Origin: Octopus vulgaris
Taxonomy: Eukaryota
Direction of reading: 5' to 3'
Length of the DNA stretch: 64,000 bases
Assembly (NCBI GenBank): GCA_951406725.2
Contig: OX597814.1
Span: 174,964,001-175,028,000, forward strand
The notes under the pieces were generated by a model. It ran no database searches. It was not told the DNA's origin and was given only the letters and a program-made list of their open reading frames with translations. Both the position numbers and the translations under genes were made by a program. Position 1 is the stretch's first letter, and each line of letters begins with the position of its first letter. Shown piece by piece: positions 25,502-38,396 of the stretch.

Positions 25502-26553
25502 TGGTTAAGAAGTTTGCCTGGCAATCATGTGGTTTTGGGTTCAGTCCCACTGCATGGCCTGTTGGTCAAGTGTTTTTAGTATAGTTCTGGGCAAACCATT
25601 TTGCAGGGTATATAGGTGAGTGCATTTTATTGGAGCACAAGCACCAGTGAGTTTGTCATGCCTTTGAGAAAACTAAAAGTTACTTTTGGATCACCACTAG
25701 CTCTGCTTATTTGCAAACCATTTCACAGAGTGTACTGGATGGGATTTATTATGATACCAATTGTAGCAAGGTGGTCATGAATAATACATATCAATATTAG
25801 TAAGGAGTACAAACAGAGTATATGAGATATATGCACAAAGTCCTTTAAGCATATATTATCCATGATGATGGGTGGAGTGTTGGAGAGAGGGTCAGATAGA
25901 TCTTGATTGGTAAGCTAAAGAAATTCACTGTTATTCTTAGTCACATAGGCAATATTGTGAATGTGAGAAAGAGACTCATTAGGAGATGAGCAATAGAGGT
26001 ATGACCACTAGAAGTGTTAAAGGTAAAGGTAATAGAAATATAACTGGCTGGCATGGAGAACAGACAGGTGAGTGATAAGAGGTATGTGTGATAAAAGAAG
26101 TGAGTGATAATTATGGTAGAGTGATGAAAGTTTATACACATGCATATGTGCACTCATACATATTCATGTATTTTGTAACCTATATATACTGTAGATATGA
26201 AGTCTACCTCTTCCACCGGTTCCACACACATTGAGCACACACCATTTCTTCATAGAACTGTCCTCCTCTATATGTGTTATGTGCCTATACCAATGCGGTC
26301 TTCTCTCTTGCACACTACATGTGATTATTTATTTATGCCCCATTTTTCTCTCTGCTGGTTTCTACTCTGTAGCTCATGCATACTGGTATTACACATTTCT
26401 TTCTAGTCTTTGCAGATCCTTTGATTAGGAAAAACAGTCTAGACAAAATGGTGTTCAGCTCTGTGACTGAAAGAAATAATGATTCAACTGCAAGAAAAGT
26501 ACTTCAGAATAAACCACTGTTCCTGCATTGTGTGTGTGGTGGGTGGGTGTATA

Positions 26554-26619
<66 letters not shown>

Positions 26620-27254
26620 TGTATATATTTGGAAATAACAAGGGACTGGGAGTTGTGGCAATTTGCTGTAGTTTAGAAGACACACCAAGCTAAGTAAAAT
26701 TGCTGTCATCCATATATACAGGCTTGTCCTTTACAGGTGCTGGTGCCACATAAAATGCACTTGTGCTAGTGTTGTGTAAACACATCCATGCTGGTGGCAC
26801 GTAAAAAGCATCCAACACACTCTATAAAGTGGTTGGTGTTAGGAAGGGCATCCAGCCATAGAAATCATGCTACAACAGACAATTGGAGTCTGGACAGCTC
26901 CCTGGTTGGCCACAACCCATGCCAGCATGGAAAATGGACATTAAATGATGATGATGATGATGTATATATATATATATATACATGCACACAACTAGTAAGA
27001 CAACAGTAGAAGTACTTAGGAGTAAGCAACTATAACTAGTATTTGTTGACCTGGATGATCTGGTGACTGCTGAGGAAGCTAGTAAAAGTATAGTCAATAA
27101 ATTGATAGTAAATTGTATAGCAATGAATGTAGTGGACAGGGGCTCAGCAGAGCTTGAACATTCTTTCACATGCTCAGAAGGATTCCTAAAAATAATTGAT
27201 AGCTTCTGTTAACTAGCTGGCATTAGTAGTAGTGGAAGTGAATATTCCAAAAGT

Positions 27255-27720
27255 AAAGAAACCAGAAAAAGCATGGGTTGGAGAAAGTTCAGGGAACTAT
27301 TACCTCTCTAGGTGACAAATGGTTCCGCTCTCTGGATGAAAAGCTGATTGTAAGATACTTGTACACAGATTGCAATGTTTATGATAGTGAGACATGGGTC
27401 TTGGATGCAGAGGGCTTGTAAAGATTAGAAAGAAATGAAATAAGTATGTTCCACTGAATATGCAGTGTCAATGTGCACAAGCAATGGAGCACAAATGAGT
27501 TAAGAGTAAAACTGCATATAAAAGGAATCCAATTCAGGGTATAAGAGAGAAGACAGTGCTGCTAAGGATGTATGATGCAATGGAAGATGAAAGCTATATA
27601 AAGAAGTGCAGAGCACTTCAAATAGGTGGAGTCCGTGGAAGAAGGAAACCAAGAAGACGTAGAGTGAAGTGTTAGATATTGATCTCAGGATGTTAAACCT
27701 CTCAAAGGGACTGAAATGAT
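27255..27720 (+). mobile_element. Decayed RTE LINE ORF fragment
   Basis: Translates with frameshifts to WRKFRELLPL...SETW...RLERNE.SM...KPRR..EV...DLRMLNL. Confidence 0.7.
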
Positions 27721-30019
27721 TGGTGACACACAGCACTCAACACACTCCCACTTGTAAAAGCATTGTGAAACCAATGTTAAAGTAGAGGCAGTGATGAAAA
27801 TGGAATTCATATGTATATATGTGAGTGTGTACATGTACACACAATTGGGTTTCTTACACAATATGTTCCTGTCATGTCTATATCTAGTGACCACCCAATC
27901 TTTGAAACTCTTTCGTCTTTCTATTGCTCAACCTTCACCACTCTCTCCCAAACACCCTTCTACTTATCATACATCTTTCTAGTAAACCTCTTCTCTAATT
28001 TATATATATTATTTTGACACTGAATTATGAAGGTAGAACCTATTAATACTTAAAATTATCCTTTCTGTACTGCTAGCTATCATTTCCTCTCCCTTGTACC
28101 ACTTCTTATTGACATCCATCTTTCACATACCAAATACCTCCATCACTATTTACACTAACCACCCCAACCACATCTCTCTCTCTCTCTCTCTCTCCTCTTG
28201 CAACCGTCCCTCACCCTTCTTGATTCTTCTTCTGTTGTTAATTGTTACTACTCTTGCTTCTATTCACCTTCTTAGATACCTTACCTTGAGGGTATAAACA
28301 CATCATAGGGTAGTGAGAAGTCCCTAGCCATAGATGATACAAAGAAACCTCACTAGTGCTGGTGATACAATAAAATGCAACAAGCAGACTCAGTAAAATG
28401 GTTGGTGAATGAACAGAGACAGCAATAGTGCTAAAAGAATTCTTTAGCTTTTTCAAAGATGTGACAACCTCTCAAGTGCTGGTACCATGATAAATTCATC
28501 TTATATACTTTGTATACTCTATAGATGATGATAGAAAAGGATTCCAACCATAGAAACCAAACCAAGAATAAAGCATACATGTGAATCATCGTCTTCTGAT
28601 CTATTTAGAAGGGCAATGACTTGACCTGGCACATACATACACATTCCTTTATTTGTTTAACTTACCAGACTGTAAATATATTTGGGACTCACCTTGAAAA
28701 GTTTAGTCAATCAGTAATCCTAGTATTTATTTGTAAATCTGGTATATATCTTATTGATAAATAATTCCTGTACTTGGTTGTTGATCCACTAAATTGTGGG
28801 GTATAAACATAGAACACCATGGGCAAGCTGCAGCTGAGACATTCTGAATGGCATGTCTAATGAAAAATTACTTTGAATTTTTTTAGTTGTGCAACCCAGC
28901 TGATGATAGCTCTGTCTCACACAGTCCGCTTTTCAAAAAAGGTTATCCATGTGTGATATAAAGAAATATACACACACGCATACGGCTGAACAAGTGATTA
29001 AGTTTTCTATGGAACCACATAACTTCAGGTTCAGTCCTGTTATACAGTACTTCGTCTCCTACAACAGCCTCAGTACAAATGTGTTGAGATAGAAGTTGGG
29101 GATGAGAGGAATCAAATGTAGCATGCAAGAAAGAAGACTATGTTGGTTTGGATATGCATATGAATGAAGACAGCTGTATAAAGAAGTGCTGATCACTGAA
29201 AGTGGATGGCACATGTGGAAGAGGGAGATCCAGGAGGAAATGAGATGAAGTGGTGAGGACTGATCTCAGGATGCTGAATCTCACAGAGGAAATGACAATG
29301 GACTGATATGTCTGGCAACATGAGTTCTAGAAACGCTGTGTTCTACCCACATGTAACAATAAAACTTTTCACACACCCCACCCCAACAAACTAAACCACA
29401 TCCCTTCCTCACATTTCCTCTTTTTATGCACTATGCTTATCTCTTGCTCCCCAATCTTGTCCTCACTGCTCTGTTCACTGTATCATTGCTATCCTGTAGT
29501 CCCCCACCCCTCTATATACCCAAGTTTCACCAGTCACTGCATCCCCACTCCTGAACTCTTTGCATCCATGTGAAGACTCTACTCCCTACACATGCTCCTT
29601 TGGCATTACCCAGCCATTTATATTTTGACCCCCATAGCTTGAAGGTATGCCCAGGTATTTGACACTATCTATGTTGCTCTACTCTACAATTCCATTTAAA
29701 TTCTGATCCCCATTCCATGTGAGTATACTCTGGCACTTTGTCACAATCTCTCTTTCTCTCTTGCTGTCTCTTGCACTCTCTCTCTCTTTCTCTCATTCTT
29801 CCCTCTAGCTAGGTAACCATGTATCTCTTCTGTCTTTATTCTTGATCACTCTCTCTCTCTCTCTCTCACTCTGACTGGGTAACCATATACCTCCTGTACA
29901 GCAAGACACCTGTTTCTGTCTTCCTGTCACACTCTAACCTTTCATCATCTGGCACAACATCACCTCCAGTGCCCCCTACCCTCTCAAAGGATCTTTGTCT
30001 TACAAGTTACTTGATGACC

Positions 30020-30312
30020 TGACCAGTGCTGGTGCCACATAAAAAACATCCAGTCCACACTGTAAAGTGGTTGGTGTTTGGAAGGGCATTCTGCTGTAAA
30101 ATCCATGCAAAACCTGATCTTGCCTGTGCTGGTGCTATGTAAAAAGCACTAAGTCCACTCTGCAGGGTGGCTGGTATCAGGAAGGGCATCCAACCATAAA
30201 AACCCATATCAAAACAGACACTGAAACCTGGTGCAGTCTTCTGCTTAGCCAGCTCCAGTCAAACTGTCCAACCCATGCCAGCATGGAAAGCAAATGCTAG
30301 ATGATGATGATG
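30020..30312 (+). mobile_element. RTE LINE 3' UTR/tail
   Basis: Duplicated GGTGCCACATAAAA..AGTCCAC..GTGGTTGG modules, ends CCATGCCAGCATGG...(TGA)n. Confidence 0.75.
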
Positions 30313-31189
30313 AGTATATATTATATAAATATATAGTATACAGACATATATACATATATCATTTAAGATCTGTTCTATGTTGTTAAGGAATGGATGGTTC
30401 GACAGGATCTGACTAGCGCCTGAGGGCTTTGTTGGTCTCCAGTATCTGCTTTGACAAGGTTTCTACATACAGATACCACACCAGCACTAGTGGGGTCATC
30501 AAGTAATTCGGAAGAGAAGACCTTCAGTGAATGGAGGTGCAATATTGATGGGTGGTGGTGGTGGGGACTTATGCCAGGTGTAAAGAAGCTAAAGATTGAA
30601 AGAGGGACAGGAACAAGTGTGTTGTTGTAGAGGAGATACATGGGTACTCCAGCAGGAAAGGGAGAAAGAATGGTGAACATGAGTTATCAGGGATTACCCT
30701 TGATATACAAGAAGGTGGATAGCAAGAAAATAACGGCAGAGAGTTGAGGAAAGCTGGGTAGATAGTTAAGGGAGATGAGGTGAAGAGTGGGGAAGATAGA
30801 AGATACACAGTGACAGAGACAGGGGTCAAGTATATAAAAGGGCGGACATAGTGAGTTACAAAAAGTGTTGTCAATAGCATAGATGAGGTTTTCAAAGAAA
30901 TGGGTTTTAGTGGACACAGTGTGATAAAAGATGATGTTGGGAGTGCAGAACATGTGGCAAGGAAAGTGATTCTAAGAAGACATGTTACTGGTAGCACACA
31001 AAGAGGGAAAGGAATATGTGTAGTTCTGTTCTCATATAATTACAGCAGCTGAGTAATAGCACCATAGGCAGAGGGGTGTTACAAAGATGAGTAGCTGGGA
31101 AGATTTGACAGGTACAGAATAGGTGTGGGGAGAGGTGTATAGACATTGATGACATACTTTTACAACCTCATTTTTGTGAAGATGAACAT

Positions 31190-31698
31190 GTACATGATCT
31201 TCGAACTTTGAACCTCACAGAGGCAACGACTAGTACTGAGACCTTTGGTGACATGCTCTGCTTAAGAGAACCCGTCAAGCCAAGTGTCCCCATGCTGGTG
31301 ACACATAAAAAAAAAAATCAACCTTTGAACATTGGGCCTTACGGAGGCAAAGTGGCTGAGTTCCTTTTGAGCGTTGGGCTTCATGAAGGCAAAGTGGCCA
31401 AGTTCCTTTCGAGTGTTGGGCCTTACAGAGGCAATTACTAAAACCTTTGGCATTATGTCGTGCTTGAGAAGAAAACCCATCAAGCCGAGCAAAATTGCAA
31501 TCGTGGCAGATACCGGTGTCATGTCGGTGGCACATAAAAGCACTCATTACAGTTTGGTGTGGTTGGCATAAGGAAGGGCATCCAATCGTAGAAAACCATG
31601 TTAAATCAGACTGGAGCCTGGTGCAGCCATCCAGCGTGCCAGCCCAGTCAAACCATCCAACCCATGTCAGCATGCACAACAGACATTAGATGATGATG
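31190..31698 (+). mobile_element. RTE LINE 3' end with internal ~42-bp tandem repeats
   Basis: ORF-end residue HDLRTLNLTEAT..., three TTGGGC.T.A.G.AGGCAA units, standard tail. Confidence 0.75.
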
Positions 31699-34600
31699 CA
31701 TGTATTTATAGGTTATGTATCTATACAGAGATGTCTTCCTTCATCATCTTCCACAAGTATCATTCATATTTAGTGACAAGTACTTCTTTATGCAGCATAC
31801 ACATTTATCATCACATTAACACCTACTTTTTCATGCTTTCATGGTCAGATGGAACTTGAAGCAGGTTTTTTTTTCATGGTTGGATGCCTGTCCTGCTATC
31901 AACTGAAAGCTGCTTCCAAGCAATGTAAAATTTCTCTACTGTTGGACATATTTTTACAGAAGATTAGCAGTAATACTGATGATTTACAACCAACCATGAT
32001 GTTGAAACAAAATAAGAAACATCAACACAGAGATATACAACAGGCCTCTTTCAGTTTCTAACAAATCCAATCATAAAGTTTTAGAAGACACTTCCTCAAT
32101 GTCTCATGTGGCAATATTGAATTTTTAACTTGGTGGCTGGAGAAACTAACTTCTCAGTCTCACATTCAATCTAACACCTATTACCTCATCTGCATCTCCA
32201 TATATGTATGTAAGTGTGCATACATGTATATATCACGCAATGTTATGTCAAGACAGTAACACATGTATACAGATGTGTGTGTCTAATTACTGTCTTGATA
32301 GCCTCTAATAGTTATAAATGACATCATCATTATACAAGCTTGTGTCCTTCATTTCCAATTTTCCATGAAAACATGCTGGCCATGGGGAAATATTACCTCA
32401 CTTGGAAACAGAAGAGGGCTGACAACAGGAAGGACATCTAATTGTAGAAAATGTTTCAACAAATTCTGTCCAACATGTGAACATGGAAAAGTGGACAGTA
32501 AAACAATAGTTATATATGCACATATGCATGTGTGATGTGCACACATACTCACACACACATTTCACTTTCTTTTCTTTTTCAGGTACTATTTATAAACAGC
32601 CCAGTGTAGCCCTATCAATATAAATATGCAATGAAACAAAAAAAGCTGTATGATTACCATGCACATATCTTGCCAACAAAATATGAGTGAAAGTCATAGA
32701 AGTATCATTGGAAAAGCAAGATAATTCATTTAATTTAATTATCTGTTTTAAAATCTCTTGTTCATATAATAATTATTGGCTGGTTTTCACAACCCTCTAT
32801 TAGTTGGGCAGTGCACCATTAGAACCTCAATGCTAGCATTCTACAAAGAAATAGTTGTGTAAAATAGTGATAACATTCTTAGCAAAATGTTCAATCACCT
32901 AGAATTGCTCATATAAATTGCCCTGCAGCCTTTTTTAAGCTTGGAGGTTTAGGCATTTTTGCTCTATCTGATGGGTATAGTAAAAACACATTTTGTTGCA
33001 GTCATGGCCAAAAGGCTCATGCCAAGCCCTCATCAAATTTTTTAAGTCTCATTTGGAGAAGAATGTGTGGGCTGAGGAAGGTGCTGATTTTCAGTAACGA
33101 CAAACTTGGCTCAAGTGAATGGACCTACTCTCAGTATACATGTACAGGCCAGAGTATCACAGCTAGGATAGAGCTTTTAGCCTTGGTAGTCATGGTAATT
33201 CTGGATCCAGAGGGTTCTTTGATTGGCTCCCTTCTCTAGAGACTCACAAATATGTATGCTGTGTATACCATCATTTATGTTTATTAATTCAGGTACAAAG
33301 TGTCACGCATTATATAGTCTGGACCTTGTCTCTTAGCCTTGTAACAATAAATGATAATTAATACAATCACTCTCTTTTCTGGCCTCCCCACCTCTATCTC
33401 TTTACCTTGTATTTATACACAACCCAGCATGGTACAGGATAGCATATCCACTCACTTGTCCTTTACCACCAAATGTGACAACTGCCTTGCAACTGCTCAA
33501 TATGCAACATAGAACTATTGAGACAGAATCACTCACACTCCCCCAGGATACCTTTTTTCAACCTCTTCCTTCCTACCTCTACCCACATAATATAGACAAT
33601 CTTTATACCGAGCTGCATAAGATCATTATTTCCATGCTTGTAGCAGCTAAAACTTCTTCCATACATTGATGGAATGTAGAAACAAGATGGACATAGCAAG
33701 CCACATCACAAGCTACCTGTGTCAGCAGGAAGTGATTCTGAAAAATGAAGTGACACGGGGTAGAAGAGACTCTTAGTTCTTTTGCATGGGGCAACCTCTT
33801 CAGAGATAAGGACATAATAAAATGTACTTAGTACACTGATAGCTGCACCATGGGTTACTAGTCTAGAGCAGAGGGAACTCTTTCATCCTACATGAGACAA
33901 CCTTTCTAGTACCCTCAGCACAATACAGTGCACCCAGTCCACATTCAATGATGAGACCCATCCCAACGTAAGCCAGCATAGAAAACCAGAAATAGAAAAT
34001 AATGATGATAATAAAACCACCTGTGAAAGATAACATATCGTATGTTCATTGCAGATTCCAGCACACATCAGTTAAAAATGGTTATCAATAAATTGTGATT
34101 TCTACTTTATTTCTTTACATTTCTGGAGGGTCAGCATTTTTATTACAATGTAACAATTTTGAAGAAAAAAAAAAAAAAAGTAGCAGCTCTGCTATTTCTA
34201 ATACCACAAAGGAATTGCATTTAAAGCATTTTACATTTATTTTTAATTCATATACAGAGAGAGTTTTAGTTAACCAAAGGATTATTGGTGGTACTACAGT
34301 ATGTTAACAAAAGCACTTAACTGACGATAGAGGAGTTCCTTTAGCTTAAAGTAGATACCATAGCAAAATACAGTTCCATCATTGTACACAAAGGGAACAA
34401 TGTATAATTTTCATAATCTTTCATCAAAATTTGATGTTAATTTATGTTCCAAACACCAGCTTAATATTGATGAAGTTATTTTAATAAGTTCTTCAAAATT
34501 TTCAAAATAAATTATAACAAAGAATGTATCTCAACAGGAATGTAATAACAAAAAGGTTAAACTTAGACTACTATAATTTATGAAGCAGTAACAGGAATCA

Positions 34601-34960
34601 GCTGATGCATGCGTATCTTAGCACATGTACTGCAAAAAGCAGTTTTGTATACCAATCTTTTGTTGAGGAATGTCATGCTTGAAACTATTTTCTGTTGAGA
34701 TATGTCAAGTTTACTGAGGCAACTTGACTTGCAGAAAATACCAGTTCTATTTTTGGTAGATATTTAACATCATGAAATTTAATTCTGCAGTTAAAGGGTT
34801 AAATCACAATGTGTGAACGATTTTAATAAAAAGCCTGTGGATTTAGAGGAAGAATTGTTTCTGGCTGATGTCTGACCATAGTGAACTACTGCTATTAATT
34901 TATTAATGACAAAATTGTATCAGAGTATATTACAAATGATAAAAATACTTCTGAATATTA

Positions 34961-35180
34961 CCCTTTTGTTACTGTATTTATTTTGAGATGCTCTGTGTTT
35001 CTTTCAATTACTTTAAATATAACAGAGAATTTAGTAAAATAACTTAGTTATCATTCAGCTAGTGTTAGGAACATAAATTGTGACTAAGATTTGGTGGAAG
35101 ATTTTAAATCAAAACTTATGTAAACAAGATATTTGTACTCAGAGCCAGAGCCGGTTTCAGCCGGGTTGGTATCAAAAGGG
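34961..35180. mobile_element. piggyBac-type MITE (220 bp)
   Basis: CCCTTTTGTTAC...GTATCAAAAGGG|TTAA termini; left target site degenerate (ATTA). An older inverted copy lies at ~34400-34560. Confidence 0.7.
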
Positions 35181-36974
35181 TTAAGGATAGAGTAGCAATG
35201 AAAGGTCAAGTTAATGAACATGATTTCTATAAAGAGATATAAAAATGCACAAATAAAAAATACATTAAATCAACTGCCTCAGAAAAAAACAAAAAAAAGA
35301 ATGTCTTAAGAAACTCAATGTAGTTACAGTCAATTAAAAGTCTAGTTCTTTATACTGATGTTGATAATACATCTCATAAACCATATGTTACATGTTGAAC
35401 AATGTATTGACTTGCAATAGTCTTGCTTAAAGAAAATAGGAAGTGCTTATATTTCAAAGAAAGAAAAATTCTAGTTGATTACATCAGAATGTATTTTTTA
35501 TATTTAATTTCTTCTCGCGTGCACGTGCGTGTGTAAAAAAACTAGAAATAGTTGGAGCATATTCTAGTATCATGAAAAACATGTAAACTAAAACAGAATA
35601 TATCTATTACAAAATGAATTTAACTTGTTGAATACGTAAGCAAATTTAAGAAATAGACTAAATGGCAAAGTGGAAATAGCTATGGGTTAAGAATCATATA
35701 TATTCAAAGAGAGAGGGAAGTGGATGTTATGAAGGAAAGTGGCATGATCTGCACAGTCTGGGGTGAAGAATTGGTAGTTATGATAGCCAAAGCAAAACCA
35801 CAATCAAGATTTGGTAGAGGAAACAGTTAGGGATCAGATAACATGGAGAAAACTAATGAAATAAACTTCAAAATGTGACCTCTGCTAATGGAAGATATTT
35901 CATTAAGGTGAAATTATTGTTAGTTTATCAGTAATGGTGTTGATTGTCTGTTAGTTTTCCCACAATAAAAAATCTCAGGTTCCCAACAGAAACTATCATA
36001 CTGAATTGAGTCAATGAAGCAGTTTTTACATGGTTACTTGACCTGTTAGAATTAGCAACCAAATCTCCTTCAAAATGTCACCATATCATCTTAAAACAAA
36101 TTGAACAAGTGTTCCTGAGTACAACATGTCAAATAAGAAAGACTAAATGGTTGCATGAGAAAAGCCAGTTGAATGATCAAATTGAATCAAATGATAATCA
36201 ATAAAATAACAAGTTAGCTACTAGAGACGTAACTTTATCAAATGCTTATTGAAATGCTTGGTTTTCTTTTCTTCACATTCCTAGTTGTTAAACAACTTCT
36301 CACTTCTATCACAAAAGAACGGCTAATTCAGTTATTGCGAATATTTTCAAAACATTTACTATTATGATGCGTAAACATTTTTCAGAACATTTACTATTAT
36401 GATACATCGTTAATTTTTTGTTATAAATTTCAATCATTATGCCCAATAATAACTTTACAAAGTCATACAATGAATAAGAATTCATCTACCAAACAGAATC
36501 AAGAGTGATAGTGGCTCTAGAAGGATGTTTAGGGATTATTATAATGGATAAAGTGGGAGCTACTGGTCAACGAGCTCGATAGGTGTAGTTTGAGATAGTG
36601 ATGATTACACAAAAATAATAAATAACAGTAAGGTATGTGGTTATTTGACCTGTTAGGAAGAACATCTAAATCTTCCTGGAATTACATCCTAGTGTCTTAA
36701 AAATAAAAGGAGACAGAAGATAACAGAATCCCACATATGCTTTAAAAAAAGATGGTTATGGCTGAAACACCATTGGGTGTTGATCTGTTCAATCAGTACT
36801 AAACAAGGGTCAAATAATACCAATTATTTAACACAAAGTAACAGATGAAGGTATTACTTGTCCAGTTTTTAATTGAGTTCAGATAATACTGAAATACTAA
36901 AAGAAAAACATGATTTATTGCTTTTAACAACTGTAATATTGCTTGTGATATTCTGACAATCACAAATAACATAT

Positions 36975-37586
36975 ACGACCTTCGAACGTTGGGCCTCACA
37001 GAGGCAATGACAAGTGACTGAGATCTTTGGAGATATGCTGTGCTTGAGAAGACCTGGCAAGCCAAGTGAGACTGTAACCGTAGCTTATGCCAGTGCAGTA
37101 TAATCGAACCATTTAAGAGTACCTTTCAATCATTGGGCAATAAACTGCGCTTGCAAAGACCTGTTGAGTCAAGTGAAGTCATTGTTGTGGCCAATGGCAG
37201 TAGTACCTGATCGACACTCATGCCAATGACAAGTAAAAGCACCATTCAAACATGGTCAATGCCAATGCTGCCTGACTGGTCCTGTGCAGGTGGCACAAAA
37301 AAAGCACCATTTGAGCGTGATCATTGCCAATGCTGCCTGACTGGCTCCTGTGCTGGTGGGACATAAAAAGCACTATTCAAGTGTGGTTGATGCCAGTACT
37401 ACCTATTTGGTCCTCATGCCAGTGGCACATAAAAAGCACCCTCTACACTCTTAGTGTGGTAGGCGTTAGAAACTGTGCCAAATCAGATTGGATCCTGGTG
37501 CAGCCTTCTGACTTACCAGCCCTCAGACAAACCGTCCAACCCATGCCAGCATGGAAAGCGGACATTAAATGACAACGATGATGATG
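36975..37586 (+). mobile_element. RTE LINE 3' end with ~60-bp tandem UTR units
   Basis: DLRTLGLTEAMTSD ORF end, repeated GGCAC.TAAAAAGCACC units, tail. Confidence 0.8.
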
Positions 37587-38269
37587 TTACAATGTTATTT
37601 GTTAGTAGAACTGGTAGAATCAATATAGAATATTGCCATATTTTTCCTGGGTCAATGTTCTGAGTTTGAATCCTACTGAGGTCCCTTTTGCCTTTAATTC
37701 TCCCAGGGCTGATAAAAAAAATTACCAGTGTACTAAAGTGCAGTCCTAACTCCCTACACATGTCATATATTTAAATTTCTACAGGGTAAATGGCATAGAG
37801 CATGAAAGGATGTGTGTCTACTGAAAAATGAGAGCAGAAGCATGGATCATGCAACTACTAAGTCATATTCAATCGTGAGAATTAACCATGTTAGTTATTT
37901 GTTAAGAAGATATTTAAATGTTGTTGAGACATCAGACCTTTCTCTCAAGGGAATCTTTTTCCTCATGATAAACATTCTTTGAGTGTTTTACAGGATGCGT
38001 TATGGATAATACTAGCACTGCACTGTTAGTATTATACATAAAACTTCCTCATAATATAGCCTTCCCTCATCATTCACATTGTGTCCCTGAGATCTCACAC
38101 TAACAACTTTTCTGTAATTCTTCACCTCTCCCCACCTGAGTGTAATAGTCTTGAATATTACATTCCTGCTCATATTTTCTACATAATCATCAACAGTTCA
38201 AGTACATCAATCTCAGTGGTATAGGAGGGCCTGTGAAGGCTATGTACATAGCCCATCCTTCCTTTAAAC

Positions 38270-38396
38270 CAGTAATGGGCAAATTGTGACCGACCTAATA
38301 AAAAATTACTTGGAATTTTTTTTCTTAGTAGTGCAGCCCACCTGATGAGCCATGCCTGATGTGGCCCACTTCTCAAAAAAAGGTTGCCCATGCCTG
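38270..38396. mobile_element. hAT (Charlie-like) MITE, 127 bp
   Basis: CAGTAATGGGCAA...TTGCCCATGCCTG termini; 8-bp TSD CTTTAAAC / CTCTAAAC. Confidence 0.8.

Noticed and set aside
36340-36403. ~35-bp tandem duplication
   Set aside because: Ordinary slippage duplication with no further structure.
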